Of a stretch of DNA of 64,000 bases, positions 28,105-36,927 are shown piece after piece. Under the pieces are notes generated by a model. The model did not search any database, was not told the origin of the DNA, and worked only from the letters and a program-made list of their open reading frames with translations. The stretch is from assembly GCA_037440005.1 (NCBI GenBank), contig JBBIUY010000004.1, positions 23,673 through 87,672 of the forward strand. The letters run 5' to 3'. Position numbers and translations under genes: made by a program. Source of the stretch: Armatimonadota bacterium. GTDB lineage: Bacteria > Sysuimicrobiota > Sysuimicrobiia > Sysuimicrobiales > Kaftiobacteriaceae. Numbering within the stretch: the stretch's first letter is position 1; each line of letters begins with the position of its first letter.

Positions 28105-28609
28105 CGCCGCGCTGCTGGCGGCGCTGGCGCTCACCGCCTCCGCCGCTTCCGCCGCCGCGCGCCTCCACCTGGTCCTCGCGCCCGAGGAGGGGGGAGGACT
28201 GCAGGTGGTGGCCGTGGTGACGGACGCCCCGGGGAGCCCCCGGGAGGGAATCCCGGTGACCTTCCGCGCCCGCACCGCCTTCGGCTGGCTTCCCCTGGGG
28301 GAGGGGGTCACCGACGCCTCCGGGCGCGCGGTCCTGCCGCTGCCCGCGGGCGCGCCGTACCCGGAGATCGAGGCACAGACCGCCGACGACCCGCCGGCCC
28401 GGGCCGTGCTGGCGCTGGACCGCCGCGCGGCCGCACAGCCCGCCGTCCGCCCCGGCCGGCGGACCCTGCACGCCCTCAGCCCGCAGCCGGGCCTGATCAG
28501 CCCGTACCCCGTGCCCCCGCTGGCGCTGTTGGGGGTCCTGGTGGGCGCCATTTGGGCCACCTACGGGTACATCGTGTTCCTGCTCACCCGCATCGCCGCC
28601 GGACGCTGA
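28088..28609 (+). CDS. Small secreted, C-terminally anchored subunit with Ig-like/CarboxypepD_reg-like domain (candidate third subunit of the NrfCD-like module)
   Basis: 173 aa, overlapping the NrfD-like gene by 17 nt. Signal peptide, a GIPVTFRARTA...TDASGRAVLPL beta-rich domain and a C-terminal TM. A truncated paralogue lies at 9140..9376. Confidence 0.5.
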   Translation: MRWPGSAALLAALALTASAASAAARLHLVLAPEEGGGLQVVAVVTDAPGSPREGIPVTFRARTAFGWLPLGEGVTDASGRAVLPLPAGAPYPEIEAQTADDPPARAVLALDRRAAAQPAVRPGRRTLHALSPQPGLISPYPVPPLALLGVLVGAIWATYGYIVFLLTRIAAGR

Positions 28610-28657
28610 CCCCTCCACCTCCGAGCCGGCTGGGGACCCGCGCGATCCGGGGCCGGG

Positions 28658-29308
28658 TCAGGGCTCGATGAGGCCTTTGCGGATGGCGTAGCGGACCAGT
28701 TCGGTGCGGTCGTGCAGCCCCAGCTTCTCCAGGATGTGGGCCCGGTGGGTCTGCACGGTCTTGATGCTGATGAACAGGCGCTCGGCGATCTGCTGGTTGG
28801 ACAGGCCCTGGGCGATGAGGGTGAGGATCTCCTTCTCCCGCTCGGTCAGGCCGTCGTAGCGGTCCCGCTCCTCCCCCGCTTCCACCCTCTTGAGGTAGTC
28901 CTCCACCACCTTGCGGGCCACCGACGGGTACAGGAAGGCCTCCCCCCGGGCCGCGGCGCGCACCGCCTGCACCAGGTCGGAGGCGGCGGCCCGCTTGAGG
29001 ACGTAGCCCGACGCGCCCGCCCGCAGCAGCTGGAAGACGTAGGACTCGTCCTCGTGCATGGTCAGGGCGAGCACCGCCACGGCGGGGTGGCGCTCCTTCA
29101 GCCGGTGGGTGGCCTCGATGCCGCCCATGCCCGGCATGCTGATGTCCATGATCACCACGTCGGGCCGCAGGCGCTCCACCAGCTCCAGGGCCTGCCGGCC
29201 GTCTCCCGCCTCCCCCACCACCTCGATGTCCTTCTCCCGGGCCAGGATCATGCGCACGCCCTCGCGGACGATGGCGTGGTCGTCGGCGATGAGGACTCTA
29301 ATTGCCAT
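28658..29308 (-). CDS. NarL/LuxR-family response regulator
   Basis: Receiver domain (RVLIADDHAIVREG...DISMPGMGG) plus a LuxR HTH. Confidence 0.9.
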   Translation of the reverse strand: MAIRVLIADDHAIVREGVRMILAREKDIEVVGEAGDGRQALELVERLRPDVVIMDISMPGMGGIEATHRLKERHPAVAVLALTMHEDESYVFQLLRAGASGYVLKRAAASDLVQAVRAAARGEAFLYPSVARKVVEDYLKRVEAGEERDRYDGLTEREKEILTLIAQGLSNQQIAERLFISIKTVQTHRAHILEKLGLHDRTELVRYAIRKGLIEP

Positions 29309-31031
29309 CGGGCCCGACCTCCACCGGGATGACGGCCTCGATGCGGGTCCCCGCCTGGGGCCGGGAGGTGATCTTCCACGTCCCCCCCAGCAGTTCCGTC
29401 CGCTCCTGCATGCCCATCAGCCCCAGCCCCCGGCCGTCTCCCGCCCGGGGCACGGCCTGGGGGTCGAAGCCGCGGCCGTCGTCGGCCACCGACAGGCGCA
29501 CCTGCCCGTCGGACAGGGTGACGGCCACCCAGGCCCGGCGGGCGTCGGCGTGCTTGAGGATGTTGGTCAGGGCTTCCTGGACGATGCGGAAGACCGCTGT
29601 CTCGATGTGGTGGGGCATGCGCTCGTCCAGGCCCGTCAGGGCCAGATCCACCTGCAGGCCCTGGGGCTCCACGTGCTCCTTCACGTACCAGCGGATGGCC
29701 GCCGCCAGCCCCAGGTCGTCCAGGATGGTGGGGCGCAGGTCGTAGATCATCTTCCGCAGCTCCCGCAGGGTGTCCTCGGCGATGGCCCGCAGGCGGCTCA
29801 GGCGCTGCTGCTCCGGCGGCGCGGCCGAGCGCTCGGCCACCTCCAGGTTGAGGATGAGGGCGGTGAGGGCCTGACCCGCCTCGTCGTGGAGCTCCCGGGC
29901 GATGCGGCGGCGCTCGTCCTCGTGGGCGGTGATGAGCTTCTGCAGCAGTTCGCCCCGCATCACCTCCTTGGCCCGCACCTCCTCGTACAGCCGGGCGCGC
30001 TCGGCCGCCAGCCCGATCTGGTCGCCGATGGCGGACAGGGTGGCCAGCTCCCGGCTGGTGAGGGTGCGCCGCCGGGGCAGGACCAGGTTCATCACACCGA
30101 TGACGCCGCCGGCGGTGCGCAGGGGCACCGTCACGTGGCGGGGAACCTCCCACCCCGCCTGTTCCAGCCGCTCGCAGTGGATGACGTTCACGGCCGCCTC
30201 CAGCTGGCCGCCGCGCAGCATCTGCAGGCAGCGGCAGTCTCCCCCCATGGCGGCCATACCGGAGGCGGCCAGCTCCAGGGGGAGGTTCTTGGTGGCGGCC
30301 ACGGTGAAGTCGCCGTCCCGCCGCAGGTACACCCAGCCGCTGGTCAGGCGCATCAGGTCCACCAGCAGGTCCAGCGCCCGGCTCACCGCGCTGTGGACGT
30401 CCAGAGAGCGGTTGAGGGACTCGGCGATGGCGCTCATGGTGACCAGGTCCCGGGTGCGCTGCAGCGCCAGCAGGACGATGCCGATGCTGAACAGCAGGGT
30501 GAACATGCCCGAAAACGCCGCCCCCACCCCCGCCAGGGCCGGGTGAGGCCGCAGCAGGGGGTAGGCCAGCGCCAGCAGCCCGGTCAGCAGCAGCCCCCAG
30601 AACAGCAGCCGGGCGCTGGTGGTCTGCAGGCCCCGTTCCTGGCCGTACAGCAGCCCGGCGCTGCCGGCAAACGCCGCTCCGCCCAGCAGCGAGGCCACCA
30701 CCGCGGCCGCGGTCCAGGACGTGCCGGCCAGGACGGCGGAGGCCACGACCCCCGCCCCCGCCAGGACCGTGGCCCGTCGGTCGGGCCGGAAACTCTGGAC
30801 CATGGCCCACGCCGAGGCCAAAAACAGCCCGTGCCGCACCGAGACCAGGATGCTGGAGGGGGCGAGGGTGAGCAGGGTCTCAGCCACCACGTGGGCGGCG
30901 AAGAGGGCGTAGGCGACGGCCCACCACCCGATCTGCCGCTCGCGCCCTTCCAGGTACCGCAGCAGTAAAAACAGGGTCAGGGCCAGGTGGATGCCAACGC
31001 CGACCGCCAGGGCCCCCGTCAGAACCGTCAC
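29298..31031 (-). CDS. Sensor histidine kinase with ~6-TM N-terminal sensor, GAF domain, HisKA_3 and HATPase_c
   Basis: 577 aa. H-box DERRRIARELHDEAGQ. GAF region with CRCLQML. Overlaps the response regulator by 11 nt. Confidence 0.85.
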   Translation of the reverse strand: MTVLTGALAVGVGIHLALTLFLLLRYLEGRERQIGWWAVAYALFAAHVVAETLLTLAPSSILVSVRHGLFLASAWAMVQSFRPDRRATVLAGAGVVASAVLAGTSWTAAAVVASLLGGAAFAGSAGLLYGQERGLQTTSARLLFWGLLLTGLLALAYPLLRPHPALAGVGAAFSGMFTLLFSIGIVLLALQRTRDLVTMSAIAESLNRSLDVHSAVSRALDLLVDLMRLTSGWVYLRRDGDFTVAATKNLPLELAASGMAAMGGDCRCLQMLRGGQLEAAVNVIHCERLEQAGWEVPRHVTVPLRTAGGVIGVMNLVLPRRRTLTSRELATLSAIGDQIGLAAERARLYEEVRAKEVMRGELLQKLITAHEDERRRIARELHDEAGQALTALILNLEVAERSAAPPEQQRLSRLRAIAEDTLRELRKMIYDLRPTILDDLGLAAAIRWYVKEHVEPQGLQVDLALTGLDERMPHHIETAVFRIVQEALTNILKHADARRAWVAVTLSDGQVRLSVADDGRGFDPQAVPRAGDGRGLGLMGMQERTELLGGTWKITSRPQAGTRIEAVIPVEVGPDGN

Positions 31032-31136
31032 ACCCTCTATCGTACACAGTCCGCCCGGGGGTTGTCTTCCGGCTGGTGGACCGCCGCCGGGGGCCTGGGG
31101 ATCGGCCCGGCATGCGGGGAGGGGACCGCCCGGTCC

Positions 31137-31349
31137 TCAGCCCGCCCGCCGCAGCGGACGCGCCGGGTCGGGGACGGTCGGCGTCGGGGGAAGGGTCCGG
31201 CGGTCCAGGACGGCGATGAGGGGGTACCCGCACCGGGGGCAGGCGCCGCCCGGCGTGGGGACGAAGACGGCCCCGCAGTGGGGACAGATGGCCAGATCGC
31301 CGGGGCGGGGGCGCCGCGGCCGGTCCGCCGGCAGTGCCATGCGCGCCAC
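31137..31349 (-). CDS. Possible small zinc-ribbon protein
   Basis: 70 aa with CPHCG...CPRCG. No clear RBS was checked; called with low confidence. Confidence 0.3.
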   Translation of the reverse strand: MARMALPADRPRRPRPGDLAICPHCGAVFVPTPGGACPRCGYPLIAVLDRRTLPPTPTVPDPARPLRRAG

Positions 31350-31547
31350 CTCCGTTCCCGCTCCTCTTCCAGTGTACTCCGGCCGTTCCGGCCCGGCCCA
31401 TCGGGCCTCCGCCCGAGGGTCCCCTCATCCGCCGACGCCCTAATCCGGCTCCCGCCCGATGGCCCCGCGGGGACGGGCGGCCGTATGCTGCTGGTACGGA
31501 TGCGGAGCGCACCCAGCGCGCAGGCGCCGGACCGGCGGGGTGAGGAG

Positions 31548-32222
31548 ATGAGCAGGGCGACGCAGGCCGTGTCCCCCATCCGGATCCTGATCGCCGACGA
31601 CCACGCCGTCGTCCGCGAGGGGATCCGCATGATCCTGGAGTCCGAGCCGGATTTCGAAGTGGTCGGGGAAGCCACCACCGGCCGGGAGGCGGTGGACCTG
31701 GTGCGGCGGGTGCGCCCGCACGTGGTGGTCATGGACATCAGCATGCCACAGATGAACGGCGTGGAGGCCACCCGAGAGATCCGCCGGATCAGCCCCGAGA
31801 CCCACGTGCTCATCCTGACCATGCACGAGGACGAGTCCTACGTCTTCCAGCTGCTGCAGCTGGGGGCGGCGGGCTACGTGCTCAAGCGGGCCGCCGCCTC
31901 GGACCTGGTGGAGGCGGTGCGGGCGGCGGCGCGGGGCGAGGCGTTCCTGTACCCCTCGGTGGCCCGGAGCGTAGTGCAGGACTACCTGGAGCGGCTGCGC
32001 GCGGGCGAAGGGCGGGACCGGTACGACGGCCTGACCGAGCGGGAACGGGAGATCCTGGTCCTGCTGGCCGAGGGCCTGACCAACGCCCAGATCGCCGAGC
32101 GGTTGTTCATCAGCGTCAAGACGGTGCAGACCCACCGGGCCCACATCATGGAGAAGCTGGACCTCCACGACCGGGCCCTGCTGGTCCGCTACGCCATCCG
32201 CAAGGGGCTGATCCAGGCCTGA
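31548..32222 (+). CDS. NarL/LuxR-family response regulator, close paralogue (~75% identical) of the 28658..29308 product
   Basis: IRILIADDHAVVREGIRMIL...DISMPQMNG and the same LuxR HTH C-terminus. It is divergent from the GAF kinase operon. Confidence 0.9.
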   Translation: MSRATQAVSPIRILIADDHAVVREGIRMILESEPDFEVVGEATTGREAVDLVRRVRPHVVVMDISMPQMNGVEATREIRRISPETHVLILTMHEDESYVFQLLQLGAAGYVLKRAAASDLVEAVRAAARGEAFLYPSVARSVVQDYLERLRAGEGRDRYDGLTEREREILVLLAEGLTNAQIAERLFISVKTVQTHRAHIMEKLDLHDRALLVRYAIRKGLIQA

Positions 32223-32312
32223 GGAAAGGGAAGAGGGAAGAAGGAAGAGGGAAGAGGGGACCGCTGTGTTCCCTCCATGCCTTTTCCTTCTTCCCTCTTC
32301 CCTCTTCCCTTC
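32221..32312 (+). repeat. (GGGAAGA)n heptamer purine repeat followed by a complementary (TCTTCCC)n block; G-tract element copy 1
   Basis: GGAAAGGGAAGAGGGAAGAAGGAAGAGGGAAGAGGGG, a ~20-nt spacer, then CCTTTTCCTTCTTCCCTCTTCCCTCTTCCC. Markedly low GC for this genome. It can fold as a long imperfect hairpin and contains a G3N4G3...G3N4G4 quadruplex motif. Confidence 0.7.
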
Positions 32313-32330
32313 ATGTAAGATGATTACGCC

Positions 32331-33302
32331 ATGCCGCGGGTGGGCGTGTTGACCAGCGGAGGGGACGCGCCCGGAATGAACGCCGCCATCCGGGCGGTGG
32401 TGCGGACGGCGCTGGCCGCCGGGTGGGAGGTGGTGGGCATCCGCCACGGCTACGCCGGCCTCATCGCCGGCGAGGTGACGCCCCTGACCGCCCGGGACGT
32501 GGGCGGGATCATCCAGCTGGGCGGCACCATCCTGCACTCGGCGCGCTGCCCGGACTTCTACGCCCCCGAGGGTCGCCGCCGCGCCCTCCAGACCCTGGAG
32601 GAGCACCGGATCGACGCCCTGGTGGTCATCGGCGGCAGCGGCTCCCAGTGCGGCGCCTACGAACTGTCCCGGGCCGGGGTCCGGGTGGTGGGGGTGGCGT
32701 CCACCATCGACAACGACATCTACGGCGCCGACATCTCCATCGGGGTGGACACCGCGCTCAACATCGCCCTGGAGGCGGTCGACCGGCTGAAGACCACGGC
32801 GTCCGCTCTCCAGCGGGCGTTCCTGGTGGAGGTGATGGGGCGCCAGTGCGGGTACCTGGCCCTGATGACCGCCCTGGCCGGCGGCGCCGAGGCGGTGGTG
32901 ATTCCCGAGGTCGAGGTCCACCCCGAGCAGATCGTGGAGGACCTGCGCCTGGCGGCCCGGCGGGGCAAGGCCCACGCCCTGGTGGTGGTGGCCGAGGGAG
33001 CGGCGTACAACGCCGAGCGCCTGGTCCGTTACTTCCAGGAGCACCGGGAGCGGCTGGGCTACGAGCTGCGGGCCACCATCCTGGGCCACGTGCAGCGCGG
33101 CGGGGCGCCCACCGCCTTCGACCGCCTGCTGGCCACCCGGGCTGGGGCGGCCGCCGTGGACCTGCTCACCGAGGGGACCCACGGGGTCATGGTGGGCCTG
33201 CGCCGGGGGGAGATCGGGACCACGCCCCTGGCGGAGGTGGCGGCCAACAGGAAGACGCTGGACCTGCGGCTGCTGGACCTGGTCCGCAGGCTGGCCACCT
33301 AG
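32331..33302 (+). CDS. pfkA: ATP-dependent 6-phosphofructokinase
   Basis: GGDAPGMNAAIR, MGRQCGYLALM and the overall PfkA layout; 323 aa. Confidence 0.9.
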   Translation: MPRVGVLTSGGDAPGMNAAIRAVVRTALAAGWEVVGIRHGYAGLIAGEVTPLTARDVGGIIQLGGTILHSARCPDFYAPEGRRRALQTLEEHRIDALVVIGGSGSQCGAYELSRAGVRVVGVASTIDNDIYGADISIGVDTALNIALEAVDRLKTTASALQRAFLVEVMGRQCGYLALMTALAGGAEAVVIPEVEVHPEQIVEDLRLAARRGKAHALVVVAEGAAYNAERLVRYFQEHRERLGYELRATILGHVQRGGAPTAFDRLLATRAGAAAVDLLTEGTHGVMVGLRRGEIGTTPLAEVAANRKTLDLRLLDLVRRLAT

Positions 33303-33311
33303 GAGGGATCC

Positions 33312-34316
33312 GTGGAGCCGTTGACCGTCGGCAAGGTGCGCGGCCTGCAGCAGATCTCCGACCCCGGCGGGATTTTCGCCATCTGCGCCATGGACCATCG
33401 GGGGTCCCTGCAGCGCCTGCTGGACCCGCAGGCTCCCGCGCGGGTGGACGCCCGGGCGCTGGTGGAGGTGAAGCTGGACCTGGCCGACGCCCTGGCGCCG
33501 GTGTCCACCGCGGTCCTGCTGGACCCGCTGTACGGCGCCGCCCAGGCGGTGGCCGCCGGCGTCCTGCCGGGCCGGACGGGACTGCTGGTGAGCCTGGAGG
33601 AGACCGGCTACGACGACCACCCCCAGGGACGGGTCACCCGGCTGCTGGAGGGCTGGAGCGTGGAGAAGACCCGCCGGATGGGGGCGTCGGGCGTGAAGGT
33701 CCTGCTGTACTACCGCCCGGACCTCTCCGACACCGCCGCCCGGCAGCAGGACCTGGTCCGCCAGGTGGCCGAGGACTGCCGGCGGTGGGACCTGCCGTTC
33801 GTCCTGGAGCCCATCGTCTACCCCGCCCCCGGTGAGGATGCGGAGACGTTCGGCGCGCGTCGGGCGGACCTGGTGGTGCGCACCGCCCGGGACCTGGCCG
33901 GATTGGGCGTGGACGTGCTCAAGGCCCAGTTCCCGGCCGACCTGCGTCGCGAGCGGGACCCGGGGGTGCTGCTGGAGGCCTGCCGCCGGCTGGACGCCGC
34001 CTCGCCGGTGCCGTGGGTCCTGCTCAGCGGCGGGGTCGGGTATGACGAGTTTGTTACCCAGGTGGAGATCGCCTGCCGCGCGGGGGCGTCGGGCTTTCTG
34101 GCGGGGCGGGCGGTGTGGGAAGACGCCCTGCGGATTCCCGACCGCGCCGATCGCCGCCGCTGGCTCCAGACGGTCGGGGCCGACCGGATGCGACGGCTGC
34201 ACCAGATCGCCGGCGAGCACGGCCAGCCCTGGTGGCGCAAGCGGCGTCTGGCCCGGGACGCCCTGGCGCCGGTGTCCGACTCGTGGTACCGGGAGTACGG
34301 CGGAGGGCTGTCATGA
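33312..34316 (+). CDS. Class I aldolase, LacD/DeoC-family (tagatose/fructose-bisphosphate aldolase-like)
   Basis: 334 aa with IFAICAMDHRGSL... in a TIM-barrel class I aldolase pattern. Lies 10 nt downstream of pfkA. GTG start. Confidence 0.6.
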   Translation: MEPLTVGKVRGLQQISDPGGIFAICAMDHRGSLQRLLDPQAPARVDARALVEVKLDLADALAPVSTAVLLDPLYGAAQAVAAGVLPGRTGLLVSLEETGYDDHPQGRVTRLLEGWSVEKTRRMGASGVKVLLYYRPDLSDTAARQQDLVRQVAEDCRRWDLPFVLEPIVYPAPGEDAETFGARRADLVVRTARDLAGLGVDVLKAQFPADLRRERDPGVLLEACRRLDAASPVPWVLLSGGVGYDEFVTQVEIACRAGASGFLAGRAVWEDALRIPDRADRRRWLQTVGADRMRRLHQIAGEHGQPWWRKRRLARDALAPVSDSWYREYGGGLS

Positions 34317-34456
34317 TGCGGATGGTGCGGTATGCGGTGGCGGTGGTGCTGGCGGTGGCGGGGACCGCGGTGATCGCCCTGGCGGCGTACGTCGCCTACC
34401 TGGTCGGGTTGTGGTCCCGGTCCGCCCGCCGCGAGCACGCGCCGTCGGCGCGCTAG
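34313..34456 (+). CDS. Possible small membrane protein
   Basis: 47 aa, MMRMVRYAVAVVLAVAGTAVIALAAYVAYLVGLW. ATGA overlap with the aldolase gene, with a GGAGGG RBS 6 nt upstream. Confidence 0.35.
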   Translation: MMRMVRYAVAVVLAVAGTAVIALAAYVAYLVGLWSRSARREHAPSAR

Positions 34457-34526
34457 CCCGGGCGCCGACGGCAGAGGGGACAGGTCGTCGGGAGCCCCGC
34501 GCTCCCGAACGCGGAGGGGGGAGAGC

Positions 34527-35690
34527 GTGGCGACGGCAGACGTGGTGGTCGTGGGCGGGGGCGTGACCGGGACCAGCGCGGCGTTCCAGCTGGCCCGCCG
34601 GGGACGGCGGGTCCTCCTTCTGGAACGGAGCACGGTGGGCGCCGGCCCCACCGGCAGGACCGTCGGCATCATCCGCCTGCACTACTCTTACGAGCCGCTG
34701 ATCCAGCTGGCCGCCCGCAGCCGGGAGACCTTCGCCCGCTTCGAGGAGGTCACGGGAGCGACCTGCGACTTCACCCGGTGCGGGTTCCTGCTGCTGGCCC
34801 CCGAGCGGGAGATGGACGGCCTGCGGGAGATCGTGGCCATGCAGCGCCGCCTGGGGATCGAGGCCGAGGTGCTCTCCCCGGACGAGGTGGCGCGGAGGTT
34901 CCCGCAGCTGGCCACCCAGGACGTGGCCGGAGGGGCGTGGGAGCCCGGCTCCGGGTATGCCGACGGGTACGCCACGGCCGCCGGGTTCGCGGCGGCGGCG
35001 CGGCGGCTGGGGGCGGAGATCTGGGAGGGGACGGTCGCCCGGGCGCTGGTGGTCGAGGGCGGGCGGGTGCGGGGGGTGCAGACGTCCCGGGAGGCGGTGG
35101 ACGCCGGCGCGGTCCTGGTGGCCGCCGGGCCGTGGACGCCGGGCCTGCTGCACCCCCTGGGCGTGGACATCCCCATCCGGTCCTCCCGCCAGCAGGTGGT
35201 CCACCTGGCGCCCCCGGCGGGGTGGCGGCTGCCGGCGGTGGTGGAGGACATGGTCCTGGGCCTGTACGCCCGCCCGGAAGCCGGGGACACGGTGCTGGCG
35301 GGGGTGCTGGAGGAAGAGGCCGAGCAGATCGTGCAGCCCGACAGCTACAGCCCGGGGGTGGACTTCGACTTCGTCGAGCGGATCGGGACGCTGTGGGCCC
35401 GCCGGTTCCCCGCCGCCCGCGTGGCTCAGGTGCGGGGCGGATACGCCAGCCTGTACGACATCACCCCCGACTGGCAGCCGGTGCTGGGGACCGTGCCGGA
35501 GGTGGGCGGATTGTTCGTGGCGGCCGGGTTCTCGGGCCACGGGTTCAAGCTCAGCCCGGCCGTGGGCGAGGTCCTCGCGGCGCTGATCACCGGCGACACG
35601 CCGCCGGTGGACGTGTCCATGTTCCGGCTGAGCCGGTTCGCCGAGGGCCGGCTGATCCGCGGCCGTCACGCGCAGGGGATACTGGGGTAG
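34527..35690 (+). CDS. FAD-dependent oxidoreductase (DAO family; sarcosine/glycine oxidase-like)
   Basis: N-terminal dinucleotide fold VVVVGGGVTGTSAA...LLLER; 387 aa. Confidence 0.8.
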   Translation: MATADVVVVGGGVTGTSAAFQLARRGRRVLLLERSTVGAGPTGRTVGIIRLHYSYEPLIQLAARSRETFARFEEVTGATCDFTRCGFLLLAPEREMDGLREIVAMQRRLGIEAEVLSPDEVARRFPQLATQDVAGGAWEPGSGYADGYATAAGFAAAARRLGAEIWEGTVARALVVEGGRVRGVQTSREAVDAGAVLVAAGPWTPGLLHPLGVDIPIRSSRQQVVHLAPPAGWRLPAVVEDMVLGLYARPEAGDTVLAGVLEEEAEQIVQPDSYSPGVDFDFVERIGTLWARRFPAARVAQVRGGYASLYDITPDWQPVLGTVPEVGGLFVAAGFSGHGFKLSPAVGEVLAALITGDTPPVDVSMFRLSRFAEGRLIRGRHAQGILG

Positions 35691-35750
35691 GGAGAAGGGA
35701 AGAGGGAAGAAGGAAGAAGGAAGAGGGAAGAGGGGGACAAGAGGCAGGAG
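35691..35750 (+). repeat. (GGGAAGA)n heptamer purine repeat; G-tract element copy 2
   Basis: GGAGAAGGGAAGAGGGAAGAAGGAAGAAGGAAGAGGGAAGAGGGGG immediately after the stop codon at 35690. Confidence 0.7.
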
Positions 35751-35783
35751 CCGCGGCGGCGGGGTGGGTATCTAATATCCTGA

Positions 35784-36865
35784 TGCTGTTCACCTTCGTG
35801 GGCGACCGCGGCGATCCGGCGCTGGCGCGGGTGGCGGAGGGCGTGCGCGCCGCCTTCGAGCGCCGGGGGCATGTCTACACCGACGACCCCGAAGCGCCCG
35901 ACCTGCGGCTGGTCTTCAACTTCATCGACGTGGACCGGCCGCGGCCCTACCGGCGGCGGGCCAAGGCCATCTTCGTGGTGTCGGTGGCCGTCACCGACCA
36001 GCGGCCCGACAACGTCCTGCGCCAGGCCTACCCGCTGCTGGTGCGGTCTCTGGCCAACCTGTGCATCTACCTGGTCCGGGACCCGGAGACGGTGCACACC
36101 TACTTCGTCACCCTGGAGCAGGGCTACTACCCCATCCCCGACCTGGCCGGGGACGACTACTTCGACTACCTCTACGAGCGCCTGCATCCGCTGGCCTCGT
36201 CCCAGCTGGTGATCGACAACGAGTTCCACCCCGACCTGGAGCCTGAGCTGTGGGAAGGCGACGACCTGACCCGCCAGCTGAGCGAGGCCGGGCGGCGACT
36301 GGACGCCCTGAACCTGCTGCCGGCGCCCTTTCCCATCCACGAGCTGCTGGACGAGCGCGACCTGCGCCACATCGAGCGCCTGTACGGCATCGGCGGGCTG
36401 TCCTACGGGAACCTGAGCGTCCGCAAGGACGCCCGGCGCTTCTGGATGAGCGCCAGCGGGGTCGACAAGGCCAACATGAAGGTCATCGGCCGGGACATGC
36501 TGCTGGTCAAGGGGTATGACCCGCAGCGGCACGTGATGCTGCTCAGCGTACCTCCCCACGTCAAGCCCCGCCGGGTGTCGGTGGACGCCATCGAGCACTG
36601 GATGATCTACACCGAGCACCCCTCGGTGGGCGCCATCGTCCACGTGCACGCCTGGATGGAGAACATCACCTCCACCTCCATCAACTACCCCTGCGGGACG
36701 ATCCAGCTGGCCCGGGCGGTGGCGGAGGTGGTGCGGCAGGCGCCGGACCCCGCCCGCGCGGTGGTGGGCCTGAAGAACCACGGCCTGACCATCACCGGCC
36801 CCACCCTGGACGACATCTTCACCCGCCTGGAGCGCGGCTTCATCCGCCAGGTGCCCATGTCGTAG
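35784..36865 (+). CDS. Class II aldolase/adducin-domain protein
   Basis: 360 aa. C-terminal half contains HVHAWMENITSTSINYPCGTIQLA...NHGLTITGPTLDD, typical of the AraD-like class II aldolase fold. Confidence 0.6.
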
Positions 36866-36927
36866 ATGCGCCGCCACGGCCTCCGCCCCGCCGGAGGCGT
36901 TCCGCTCCGTGCGCCGCGCGCCGTCTG

